DNA of 64,000 nt from an uncultured Dehalococcoidia bacterium (GCA_964439905.1 CAYTPK010000017.1:72039-136038), one strand, 5' to 3'; shown: positions 1-8,896, numbered from the stretch's first letter. Numbers and translations are program-made. Notes: generated by a model from the sequence alone, not told the origin.

Positions 1-7
1 CCACCTC

Positions 8-352
8 CTAGAGTGATCCCTGTATTTCCAATAGGGTTTTCAGTCGACTGTTTTCGGTTTTAAGCTCTGTAATGTCTTTTTGCATACGGTTGATCTGATT
101 GATTAGTTTTAGTGCCACCTCTACTCCAGTTAAATTCAATCCCATCTCTTCCGTGAGCTCTCGTATTCTACGCACCCTTTCTATATCTCCCCTAGAATAG
201 AGGCGTTGTCTCCCTATGGAACGAGATGGTTCTAATAGTCCTGCTCGTTCATAGTACCGAAGGGTCTGCGCATGAAGTCCAACCATGCGGGCTGCTACGC
301 TGATGACAAATAAAGGTTCGCTTATGTGATCCTCTCTAAACACTGTTGGCAC
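8..352 (-). CDS. MerR-family transcriptional regulator, HspR-like
   Basis: 114-aa ORF with GTG start. It has a MerR winged-HTH ('ISVAARMVGLHAQTLRYYERAGLLEPSRS..RQRLYS..DIERVRRIRELT') followed by a coiled-coil tail. The HspR resemblance is from memory. Confidence 0.7.
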   Translation of the reverse strand: MPTVFREDHISEPLFVISVAARMVGLHAQTLRYYERAGLLEPSRSIGRQRLYSRGDIERVRRIRELTEEMGLNLTGVEVALKLINQINRMQKDITELKTENSRLKTLLEIQGSL

Positions 353-636
353 TCCGTTTTTTGAATTCCTTTATATAATTGATATATGGCAGTAAAACAC
401 GTCTAAATAATATGGCATAATTAGCGATATGCGCTCAGGATATATATATTGAATCTATGCATATAATTATAATATAGTTGTTAACTTTATTGCAATAACA
501 ATACAAGTATGGACTAAAACTATAAGGGATGCTTGAAGCCATAACATAGCCATTGACCTATGGGTTATTGGATTCATTAGGTGGATATTGGGTATGATGA
601 CTGATATTTGCGTGTCTTATATCTGGGGCCGATTTA

Positions 637-665
637 TTGACACAGATTCATCGTTCTGTTAGGCT
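637..665 (+). promoter_or_regulatory. Candidate sigma70-type promoter for the 731-2560 operon (TTGACA-17 nt-TAGGCT)
   Basis: TTGACA at 637-642, 17-nt spacer, TAGGCT at 660-665, about 65 nt upstream of the ATG at 731. Sequence pattern only. Confidence 0.35.
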
Positions 666-730
666 CTCGCCCTTATTCAGTGTACATGAATTAAGGATTG
701 TAGAAGAGTTTCGCACTAGGAGTTCTGGCC

Positions 731-1972
731 ATGGGATTTGCCTTGGGTTTAAAGTGTAGGGAATGTCACAGAAAGTACGAGTTGGAACCGATCAACGCTT
801 GCGATTTTTGTTTTGGACCTTTAGGTGTATATTATGACTATGATCTTATGGCTCGAACTGTCAGCCGAAAGAGCATCTTAGAGGGGCCTCACACTATATG
901 GAGATACCATGAAATGCTACCGGTCGACCCTGAAAATGCAGTCGATATCGGAGCAGGCTTTACCCCTCTGATCAAGGCTAATAATTTGGGAAGAATGTTA
1001 GGTTTAGAAAACCTCTACATAAAAAATGATAGCGTCAACCCATCGTATTCCTTTAAAGATAGAGTTGTATCTGTCGCTGCAACCAAGGCCTTGGAATTTG
1101 GGTTTGATACTTTGAGCTGCGCTTCAACAGGGAATCTAGCGTGTGCAGTTGGTGCTCATGCTGCTCGGGCTGGAATGAAGTCAGTTGTGTTTATCCCTGC
1201 TGATTTAGAAGCCGGGAAAATTGTAGGTGCAGCGATATATGGTAGTGATATATTTGCTATCGATGGTGGCTATGATCAAGTAAATCGACTGTGCAGCGAA
1301 ATTGCCGAAATATACCCCTGGGCGTTTGTTAACATTAACATGCGTCCCTACTATGCAGAAGGAAGTAAGACCTTGGGCTTCGAAGTTGTTGAACAGCTGG
1401 GATGGTCAGTTCCTCATCACGTAGTTGTTCCAATAGCGTCAGGAGCTTTGTTGACTAAGATAAACGCCGGGTTTACACAAATGGACGACCTAGGACTCGT
1501 AGACGCTGCCGTAAAAACAAAGTTCTATGGAGCTCAGGCTGAAGGTTGTAGCCCTGTTGTTGATGCTTACTTGAAAGGGGATACCAAAGTGAAGCCAGTG
1601 CGACCTCACTCTGTTGCCAAATCATTGGCAATTGGCAATCCGGCTGACGGTGTTTATGCTTTACGTACTATGAAAGAATCTCAGGGTGCGGCCTGCAAAG
1701 TCACTGAGGAAGAAGTACACCTAGGAATAGAATTATTGGCCCAGACCGAAGGTATTTTTACCGAGACAGCTGGGGGAGTAGTTATATCAGCGTTAAAGAA
1801 TTTGGCGGATCAGGGCACATTTGGATATGATGAGACGGTAGTGGTTTATGTAACAGGTAATGGACTAAAAACACAAGAAGCTGTTAACCATGTCGTTAAC
1901 CCCTACTCTATTCGACCGACAATTACCGATTTCGAAAGTGCGTTAAGTATGCCAGGGGTGGGAGTTAAATAA
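731..1972 (+). CDS. Threonine-synthase-fold PLP enzyme with N-terminal Cys4 ribbon (ThrC paralog; MetM-like candidate)
   Basis: 413 aa. AGGAG lies 8 nt upstream of the ATG. PLP-lysine motif 'NPSYSFKDR'. N-terminal 'CRECH..(13)..CDFC' ribbon. A second, canonical thrC is present at 37356-38417. Confidence 0.85.
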   Translation: MGFALGLKCRECHRKYELEPINACDFCFGPLGVYYDYDLMARTVSRKSILEGPHTIWRYHEMLPVDPENAVDIGAGFTPLIKANNLGRMLGLENLYIKNDSVNPSYSFKDRVVSVAATKALEFGFDTLSCASTGNLACAVGAHAARAGMKSVVFIPADLEAGKIVGAAIYGSDIFAIDGGYDQVNRLCSEIAEIYPWAFVNINMRPYYAEGSKTLGFEVVEQLGWSVPHHVVVPIASGALLTKINAGFTQMDDLGLVDAAVKTKFYGAQAEGCSPVVDAYLKGDTKVKPVRPHSVAKSLAIGNPADGVYALRTMKESQGAACKVTEEEVHLGIELLAQTEGIFTETAGGVVISALKNLADQGTFGYDETVVVYVTGNGLKTQEAVNHVVNPYSIRPTITDFESALSMPGVGVK

Positions 1973-1976
1973 TATT

Positions 1977-2219
1977 GTGGCAATTCAAAGAGTTAAGTTT
2001 ACGTTTCCGGATGACCTAGTTGTTCGTCCTATAATCTATGAACTGGGACGAGATTTTGACATTATTCCAAATATCCGTAGAGCAGATATAAGGGATTATG
2101 AGGGATGGGTTATATTGGAATTAGATGGTATGGTATCTGAGATAGAAAAAGGATTGTTGTGGATAGATAGCATTGGTATAAGAGTGGATCTGTTGCCAGG
2201 TGATGTACTAGAAGGATAA
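1977..2219 (+). CDS. Stand-alone NIL-domain protein (ferredoxin-like fold as at the C-terminus of MetN)
   Basis: 80 aa. GTG start 4 nt after the upstream stop. The pattern 'VKFTFPDD.VVRPIIYELGRDFDIIPNIRRADI...GWVILELDG....IEKGL.WIDSIGIRVDLL' matches my memory of the NIL domain. Confidence 0.6.
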   Translation: MAIQRVKFTFPDDLVVRPIIYELGRDFDIIPNIRRADIRDYEGWVILELDGMVSEIEKGLLWIDSIGIRVDLLPGDVLEG

Positions 2220-2254
2220 TAAATTATTTAATCTATAGGAGATAGTGATTCAAA

Positions 2255-2560
2255 ATGGGTGTAATGGTGAGGGTTCCTACGCCTCTTCGAAAGTTGACAG
2301 ATGGATTAGATAAATTAGAAATCGATGCTACATCGATTTCTGGATTGATTGACCATCTCGAGGCAAGTTACCCTGGTTTTCACGATAGGCTTTTGGATGA
2401 GGCCGGTGATCTGCGGTATTTTGTCAATATATATGTTAACGGTGAAGATGTTCGTTTTTTGGAAGGGCTGGAAACTGTTTTGAATATGGGCGATGAAGTA
2501 AGTATAGTCCCTGCCGTGGCTGGTGGAGCACCCGAGACATTTCACTCACTGGATCGGTGA
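2255..2560 (+). CDS. MoaD/ThiS-family ubiquitin-fold sulfur-carrier protein with C-terminal extension after Gly-Gly
   Basis: 101 aa. '...EVSIVPAVAGG' (GG at 2522-2527) is followed by 'APETFHSLDR'. The size and the beta-grasp-like pattern 'VRVPTPLRKLT....' fit the family. Confidence 0.7.
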   Translation: MGVMVRVPTPLRKLTDGLDKLEIDATSISGLIDHLEASYPGFHDRLLDEAGDLRYFVNIYVNGEDVRFLEGLETVLNMGDEVSIVPAVAGGAPETFHSLDR

Positions 2561-3714
2561 TTCCCACGCCTAATGTGTTCGCTCTTTTGGGCTAATCTCT
2601 CTGATTCAAGTGTGGGTTTGTAGTTCTGAAGAAAATCTGCGGCGAAATCTCCGAATGTACGGGTTTTGATATGGGATCGCATTTCTTCCATCAGCTTTTG
2701 GTAAAAATGCAAATTGTGCATGGTAGCTAATCTTAATCCTAGGATCTCTTTGGCCTTGAATAGATGGTGTAAGTAAGCTGGAGAAAAGTTCCCACAGGTA
2801 AAACACGAGCACATTTTGTCTATAGGGCTTTCTGAATTCTTGAATTTCTTTGAAGTTATGTTTATGCGACCAAATCGGGTAAATAGTGCTCCGTTTCTAG
2901 CCACTCTGGTTGGAAGAACACAGTCAAAAAGATCTATACCGGCATCAACACTTTTTACCAAGTCTTCTGGAGACCCTACTCCCATTAAATAGCGAGGTTT
3001 ATCTGTTGGCAAGATGCTCGATACCAATTCTACAATCTTGTGCATTTCAGCTTTGCTTTCCCCGACAGCTAGCCCTCCGATTGCGTAACCTGGAAAGTCA
3101 AGATCTGTGATATAACGGACCGATTGTTCTCGTAATTGTTTTGAAATCCCGCCTTGAATTATCCCGAAGAGAATTTGATTACTGGAACGCTGTGCAGTCC
3201 TTGATCTAAGTGCCCATAAATGAGTACGATCCATGGCTTCCTTAATATTTCCCAAGGTAGCATTTGTGGCAATACATTGATCTAAGCACATCATGAAATT
3301 AACACCTAGTTGCTCTTGGAACTTTACCACTTTCTCTGGGGTGAAAAAGTGAAGGCTTCCATCTATATGTGATTTGAACGTAATACCGTCATCGGTTACA
3401 CGATTCCGTTCCTTTAGGCTAAATGCTTGAAACCCACCACTATCCGTGAGTATTGGACCTTCCCAAGCCATAAATTTATGAATGCCGCCTAATTCCTGGA
3501 CGATATTTATGCCAGGGCGTAAATACAAATGGTAGGTATTGGTAAGAATCATTTGATAACCAAGCGTCTTTACCTCTTCTGTTGTGAGTGTCTTTATACT
3601 TGCTTGTGTGGCGACAGGCATAAAAGCTGGTGTAATCACAGGGCCATGTGTAGTGGTTAGTAGACCCGTCCGGGCCTTCCCACACTTCTCTAATACATCG
3701 AAATTGTAGTCCAT
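2542..3714 (-). CDS. tgt: Queuine tRNA-ribosyltransferase
   Basis: 390 aa. Motifs 'LTDSGGFQ' and Zn site 'CSCFTCGNFSPAYLHHL'. Its 3' end overlaps the MoaD-like gene by 19 nt (convergent). Confidence 0.93.
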   Translation of the reverse strand: MDYNFDVLEKCGKARTGLLTTTHGPVITPAFMPVATQASIKTLTTEEVKTLGYQMILTNTYHLYLRPGINIVQELGGIHKFMAWEGPILTDSGGFQAFSLKERNRVTDDGITFKSHIDGSLHFFTPEKVVKFQEQLGVNFMMCLDQCIATNATLGNIKEAMDRTHLWALRSRTAQRSSNQILFGIIQGGISKQLREQSVRYITDLDFPGYAIGGLAVGESKAEMHKIVELVSSILPTDKPRYLMGVGSPEDLVKSVDAGIDLFDCVLPTRVARNGALFTRFGRINITSKKFKNSESPIDKMCSCFTCGNFSPAYLHHLFKAKEILGLRLATMHNLHFYQKLMEEMRSHIKTRTFGDFAADFLQNYKPTLESERLAQKSEHIRRGNHRSSE

Positions 3715-4581
3715 TTAAAAAAGATTAACTCCAGAAATTATTAGATAGGTAGAAATCAGGAGTGAGGATAAAGCCAAGAATCGCATGATAACTAATTCTC
3801 CTAACATTCTGGCCAACTTTACTGCAATTTGGGCTCCGATTATCATGCCAAGCCCGAGAATCACCGCACTGTTTAAATCAACGTTACCCTCAAGAATGTG
3901 TGTTAGAGACCCTATAGTTGCAATACCGATTTGAGAAAGTAGTGATGTCGCGATCGCTACGTAAATAGGAAATCCAAATAGATAAACTAAAGCGGGAGTT
4001 CGAATAGGGCCGCCTCCGATCCCCATAAATCCTGATATAAATCCGATTAGACCGTTCGTAATGACTGCCAGTAGTTCATTATAGGTAAATTTATAGCTCC
4101 CTCTATCAGCTGTGTGTACACTTGCAGTATGAGAAACAAAAGAATCATAGATTCTGATATTCTTGTCTTCCTCTTGGATTTTAGTGAAATCACGTCTCGC
4201 ATTACGTGAATTGATGAATACGTATAATCCTAACAGACCTAAAAGAATACCGTAGAAAAACTCGAATACTTCCCCAGAAACTAGCCTTAATCCGAATGCT
4301 CCGAGTATAGTTCCTGGTATAGCGACAATACCGAAGAGTAAGGCAGCCCTCAGGTATACATAGCCAAGACGCAAATAGGTGATGGAACCAGAGACAGAGG
4401 AAAGAGCTACGGTAACCAACGAAGTGCCGGCTGCCACATTATAATCGAAGTCAAAAAGAATAATTAATAGGGGGGCGGTTATGAATCCCCCGCCGGATCC
4501 AATCGATACCCCGTAAATTCCTACGACAATCCCTAATACAAACAGAGATAGAACTATCCACAAGGTAATGTCTATCATCAT
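3715..4581 (-). CDS. TauE/SafE-family anion (sulfite/sulfonate-type) exporter permease
   Basis: 288 aa, polytopic. Two Gly-rich hydrophobic halves are separated by a charged loop. Its stop abuts the tgt start (3714/3715). Confidence 0.65.
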   Translation of the reverse strand: MMIDITLWIVLSLFVLGIVVGIYGVSIGSGGGFITAPLLIILFDFDYNVAAGTSLVTVALSSVSGSITYLRLGYVYLRAALLFGIVAIPGTILGAFGLRLVSGEVFEFFYGILLGLLGLYVFINSRNARRDFTKIQEEDKNIRIYDSFVSHTASVHTADRGSYKFTYNELLAVITNGLIGFISGFMGIGGGPIRTPALVYLFGFPIYVAIATSLLSQIGIATIGSLTHILEGNVDLNSAVILGLGMIIGAQIAVKLARMLGELVIMRFLALSSLLISTYLIISGVNLF

Positions 4582-4845
4582 CTCCGTTATAAATCTATTT
4601 TCTTAAGTGCTACTATACAGTAGTAACTATTTCCACACTACGAACGTCTTACCAAACTCCTAAAAACTAAACTTGAGATAGCCAATTTCACTCACATTAG
4701 GCTAGAATCATATTGGTTTAGGGAGGTAAAATAGAGTCACGTTACTAATTGAGGGGAGTGTTTTAGGTGAGTGTGCTGTTAACTGATACACATGAAGCCC
4801 TCACATCTAATAGCAGAACATAGAATATTAAGGAAAGTAAAACTA

Positions 4846-5950
4846 ATGCAGGAATTTCGTCAACAATTACAGGGTAAAGCGATTAGAGTATCCGAGATTA
4901 TGGAGCGTCTTTGACTTAGCACGTAAAGAAAAAGAAATCATACGACTCGAAAATGCTAGCTATGATCCTACATTCTGGGATGACCCTAAAGCAGCCCAGT
5001 CCGTGATGAAAAACATAACTCGATTAAGAGAGATTGTGTCAAAATGGCGGATGTTAGAGTCTCAGAGTGCTTCATTATTAGATTTGTTGGACTTAGCAAT
5101 AGATGAAGATGATAACGAACTTTCCGGCGAGATCCATAGCGAAGCCCAAGTTTTCTACCATGCATTGGAAAAAGGTGAGATTGAGCTTACTCTGTCTGGA
5201 ATTTATGACCAGCGTCCGGCGATTCTATCTATTCATGCCGGTGCCGGAGGAGTGGACTCACAGGATTGGAGCAAAATTCTGCTTAGGATGTATACAAGAT
5301 GGGCGGAAAACCAAGGATATAACGCTCGCATTTTGGACCTAACTCCGGGGGAAGAAGGGGGTGTCAAAAATGTCGTCTTGGAGTTTATTGGTAAATCACC
5401 GTATGGTTATTTAAAGTCCGAGAAAGGCGTTCATAGACTTGTGAGGCTTTCTCCATTTAATTCCGATCATCTAAGGCATACCTCTTTTGCCCACGTTGAG
5501 GTTCTGCCTGCGGCGGATAACGAAGATGTAGAAATCCAGATTCGGCCAGAAGATATAAAGAGCGAATTTTTCAGAGCAAGTGGTCCTGGCGGGCAAAATG
5601 TTAATAAGTTGTCTTCTGCTGTTAGGATCACCCATATTAGTACTGGAATAGTCGTAGCGTGTCAAACGGAAAGATCCCAGCATCAAAATCGGGAATATGC
5701 GATGATGATTTTGAAGGCGCGTTTGCTTCAAAATATGATGGACGAAAGGGCTAAAACCGAGGCCGAAATCAAGGGTGCGAGAGTTTCTGCAGACTTTGGC
5801 AACCAAATTAGAAGTTATGTTTTACATCCGTACAAAATGGTAAAGGATCATAGGACTAACTACCAGACATCCGATGCCGAGGGAGTGCTGGAGGGGAATT
5901 TAGATGATTTCTTAAATGCGTACTTGATACATTCAGTGAAGCAGCAATAA
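4846..5950 (+). CDS. prfB: Peptide chain release factor 2, requires programmed +1 frameshift (join 4846..4911, 4913..5950)
   Basis: Frame 0 reads 'MQEFRQQLQGKAIRVSEIMERL' then TGA at 4912-4914. The +1 frame continues 'DLARKEKEI...' into the 5003-5950 ORF. SPF ('RLSPFNS') and GGQ ('SGPGGQNVNK') motifs are present. Confidence 0.93.
4902..4915 (+). promoter_or_regulatory. prfB autoregulatory +1 frameshift cassette (internal SD GGAG, 3 nt, CTT TGA C)
   Basis: 'GGAGcgtCTTTGAC' has the same architecture and spacing as the classical E. coli prfB site. Confidence 0.9.
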
Positions 5951-5991
5951 TACGAGGCTATTTGTTAACCTAAAGAAATCGCTAGTCTAGT

Positions 5992-7197
5992 TTAATCATC
6001 GAAAGACATTATATGTCCAAGTTTCTGTTGTTTGGTTTTCAGATACTCTTTGTTTTGTTCTGTCGTACATATTTTCATAGGCACTCTGTCTATTACTTCT
6101 ATGCCCCACGAACTAAGCCCGACGATTTTTTCAGGGTTGTTAGTCAATAATTTCATCTTTCCTATACCCAGGTCAGCTAGGATTTGGGCTCCTACGCCAT
6201 AGTGTCTGAGATCTGGAGCAAAACCAAGCTTTTGGTTAGCTTCCACCGTGTCCAGTCCTATGTCTTGCAAATGATAAGCCTTTATTTTGTTATGGAGTCC
6301 AATGCCACGTCCTTCTTGTCGCATGTAGACGAGGACACCTCTCCCTTCTTCTGCAATAGCGTTAAGTGACCATTCCAGCTGAAGTCCGCAGTCACATCTG
6401 AGACTTCCGAGAATGTCCCCTGTCAAACACTCACTATGAACTCTGACCAGGACATGATCATCTTTAGTCCATTGGCCCAATGTCAACACGACATGTTGGT
6501 CGGTGTCATATTTATTACTGTAACCTATAACTGTGAACTCTCCGTATTTAGTCGGGAGTTTGGCAGAATCGACACGCGCCACTAGGGCTTCTGTTTTTCG
6601 TCTAAAGGCTATTAATTGAGGAATAGAGACAATCTTTATATTGTGTTCTTCGGAGAATTCTTGGAGCTCTGGAAATCGAGCCATTGAACCATCATCGCTC
6701 ATGATTTCGCAAATTGCAGCGACAGGATTTAGACCTGCCATTTTGGCCATGTCAACACTGGCTTCTGTGTGCCCAGGCCTCACCAATACTCCGCCGTTTC
6801 GCGACCGGAGTGGGAATGTGTGTCCGGGTCGGGCGAAGTCCTCAGGTCTAGACGTGGGATCAATTACAGCCTTTATAGTTGCTGATCTGTCTTGAGCTGA
6901 TATACCCGTAGACGTACCTACTGAATAGTCAATTGAAACGGTAAAGGATGTCTGATGGGCAGAAGTGTTTAATTGGCCTAATAGAGGTATGTTTAATCTG
7001 TCGAGGTACTCTCCTGAGGCCGGCATACAAAGTAAGCCGCGAGCGTGTTTGGTCATGAAATTGATCGATTCCGGAGTGGCGTGGTCTCCCGCGATGACTA
7101 GATCACCCTCGTTTTCACGGTTGGCATCATCAACGATAATGAGGAATTTGCCGTCCTTCAGGTCTTCAATAGCTTCTTCAATTGTTGCCAGGGCCAT
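5992..7197 (-). CDS. ribBA: Bifunctional 3,4-dihydroxy-2-butanone-4-phosphate synthase / GTP cyclohydrolase II
   Basis: 401 aa. DHBPS motif 'DDANRENEGDLV'. GCHII zinc motif 'RCDCGLQ' plus 'RQEGRGIGL'. Confidence 0.93.
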   Translation of the reverse strand: MALATIEEAIEDLKDGKFLIIVDDANRENEGDLVIAGDHATPESINFMTKHARGLLCMPASGEYLDRLNIPLLGQLNTSAHQTSFTVSIDYSVGTSTGISAQDRSATIKAVIDPTSRPEDFARPGHTFPLRSRNGGVLVRPGHTEASVDMAKMAGLNPVAAICEIMSDDGSMARFPELQEFSEEHNIKIVSIPQLIAFRRKTEALVARVDSAKLPTKYGEFTVIGYSNKYDTDQHVVLTLGQWTKDDHVLVRVHSECLTGDILGSLRCDCGLQLEWSLNAIAEEGRGVLVYMRQEGRGIGLHNKIKAYHLQDIGLDTVEANQKLGFAPDLRHYGVGAQILADLGIGKMKLLTNNPEKIVGLSSWGIEVIDRVPMKICTTEQNKEYLKTKQQKLGHIMSFDD

Positions 7198-7226
7198 TAG
7201 TGTCCTTTTATCGGTGGTTTCTTCTA

Positions 7227-7805
7227 TTAGTGTTTAGTAAAGAGACTCTCTAAGTACTTGGCTAAAATGTCGACTTCCAAGTTAACCGAGTCACCTTCAC
7301 CTCTCTCTCTCAAATTTGTGTTTGAGAGAGTATATGGTATCACAGAGATCGAGAAAGATGAACCAGATTTTTTCATTACGGTGAGGCTAATGCCGTCTAT
7401 AGCAACGAATCCCTTCTCAACAATGTACTTAGATAGAGATTGTGGGGCTTCGATGGTAAAGACAGAGGAATTCAGATTTTTTGTTATAGATTTTATGTAT
7501 CCTTTTCCATCAATATGCCCTTGGACAAAATGACCGCCCATTCGGCCATTTGAGCTTATTGCTCTCTCGAGGTTAACATGAAAACCCTTTTGTAGATCGC
7601 CAAAATTGGTCCTGCTTATAGTTTCTTCGCTGAGATCTGTTTGTAACGTTAATGTGCTCAAGCTTACGACAGTAAGGCATGCCCCGTTTATCGCCACGCT
7701 ATCTCCCGTATTGATATCGTCAAAAATTCTTTCTGCCCCAATCGACAAGCGTCCTTCACTAATCGAAAGGACCTTTCCTGTTTCCTCTATTATTCCTGTG
7801 AACAT
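7227..7805 (-). CDS. ribE: Riboflavin synthase
   Basis: The true start is probably the ATG at 7805-7803 ('MFTGIIEETGKV'), sharing one nt with the ribD TAA. The two-repeat lumazine-binding pattern includes 'GDSVAINGACLTV' and 'GFVAIDGISLTV'. The ORF track extends to 7889, but that extension overlaps ribD. Confidence 0.9.
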   Translation of the reverse strand: MFTGIIEETGKVLSISEGRLSIGAERIFDDINTGDSVAINGACLTVVSLSTLTLQTDLSEETISRTNFGDLQKGFHVNLERAISSNGRMGGHFVQGHIDGKGYIKSITKNLNSSVFTIEAPQSLSKYIVEKGFVAIDGISLTVMKKSGSSFSISVIPYTLSNTNLRERGEGDSVNLEVDILAKYLESLFTKH

Positions 7806-8896
7806 TAGGTAATTCTCTGATGAGGATATGCTTTTAGCATTAAATCTGATCCTATCCGTTTGACCGATATGTGTGAAAGGTCTAGACATTGAGACATGTC
7901 TTTTGCACCCAAGCCTTCTACAGGGGAGAGTGAGTCTCGACCTCCGATGACTATGGGAGCTAAGAATGCGTGAATCTTGTCAACTAATCCCTTATCAAAG
8001 AAAGAACCAATAAGAGTCCCGCCTCCTTCAACCAATAGATTAACTATGCCTGATGATCCAAGAAACTCTAGCAACTTTATGAGTGATACACCAGTGTCAT
8101 CTTGGGGTATAGTTATTACAGCTATACCTTGGTTGGTAAGTCTGTCAACCTTTGACGTAGACATATTTGTTGTCGCTATAAGCGTTTCTCCAGGCTCTTT
8201 GAATATTGAGCTATCTTCGGGAATGATTCCATTGGTGTCTACTACAACCTTGAGAGGTTGATTTTCTAGAGGGATTCCTTTTTTGTCCCTGGCCGTCAGG
8301 CGTGGCCGATCTCTGAGAATGGTATTAGTTCCAACCATTACAGCGTCTGAGATCCTGCGAAGATCACGAGCGATGGTCCTAGAAGATTCCCCAGTGATCC
8401 ATTTTGAATCACCTGATGTGGTTGATATTTTCCCATCTAGACTCATGGCGAATTTCACGGTAACAAATGGCATATTGGTTCTAATGTGCTTAGCAAAACC
8501 CTCCGTAATTTCTAAGGCCTCATTATTTTCCTCGAATATTACCTTTAATCCAGCACTTTCTAATTCTTTTTTTCCTAAACCATTCACTTTTGGGTTAGGA
8601 TCGAGTGCAGCTATGTGAACCTCATTTATTCCTGCTTCTATTATTGCTGTTGTACACGAAGGGGTATTACCTTGAAAACAGTGAGGCTCCAACGTGACAT
8701 ATAACGTTGAATTCTTGGATTTAGTCCCGGCTTGTCTTAGTGCTTCTATTTCGGCGTGGGGTCCGCCGTAAGGTTGAGTAAATCCTTCACCGACTACCTT
8801 ATTATTGTTCACTATGACTGCCCCGACCGATGGATTGGGACTAGTAGTGCCACGGGCACGGCGGGCGAGCTTTAAAGCCCGGTTCATATATTTCAT
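7805..8896 (-). CDS. ribD: Bifunctional diaminohydroxyphosphoribosylaminopyrimidine deaminase / 5-amino-6-(5-phosphoribosylamino)uracil reductase
   Basis: 363 aa. Deaminase motifs 'HAEIEAL' and 'LEPHCFQGNTPSC', followed by a C-terminal reductase domain. Confidence 0.9.
   Translation of the reverse strand: MKYMNRALKLARRARGTTSPNPSVGAVIVNNNKVVGEGFTQPYGGPHAEIEALRQAGTKSKNSTLYVTLEPHCFQGNTPSCTTAIIEAGINEVHIAALDPNPKVNGLGKKELESAGLKVIFEENNEALEITEGFAKHIRTNMPFVTVKFAMSLDGKISTTSGDSKWITGESSRTIARDLRRISDAVMVGTNTILRDRPRLTARDKKGIPLENQPLKVVVDTNGIIPEDSSIFKEPGETLIATTNMSTSKVDRLTNQGIAVITIPQDDTGVSLIKLLEFLGSSGIVNLLVEGGGTLIGSFFDKGLVDKIHAFLAPIVIGGRDSLSPVEGLGAKDMSQCLDLSHISVKRIGSDLMLKAYPHQRIT

Noticed and set aside
487-498. 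Perfect 12-bp palindrome TTATTGCAATAA as an operator site.
   Set aside because: It sits in very AT-rich sequence where such palindromes arise easily. There is no second copy and no known matching regulator motif. It is mentioned only within the intergenic finding.
594-662. 22-codon uORF (MMTDICVSYIWGRFIDTDSSFC) upstream of the ThrC-paralog, considered as a Met/Cys attenuation leader peptide.
   Set aside because: Only 2 Met and 2 Cys, not clustered. It overlaps the predicted -35/-10 rather than lying downstream of them, and no terminator/antiterminator pair is evident.
4582-4845. Stem-loop (TGAGGG...CCCTCA with an inner GTGT/ACAC) and a TTGAGA...TAGGCT/TAGAAT promoter-like string upstream of prfB.
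   Set aside because: The promoter spacing is off (19 or 24 nt). The hairpin is short and matches no RNA family I know, so it was not reported as a feature.
7806-7889. 28-codon N-terminal extension of the riboflavin synthase ORF.
   Set aside because: It overlaps the ribD 3' end. The canonical MFTGIIE start coincides with a TAATG stop/start junction.
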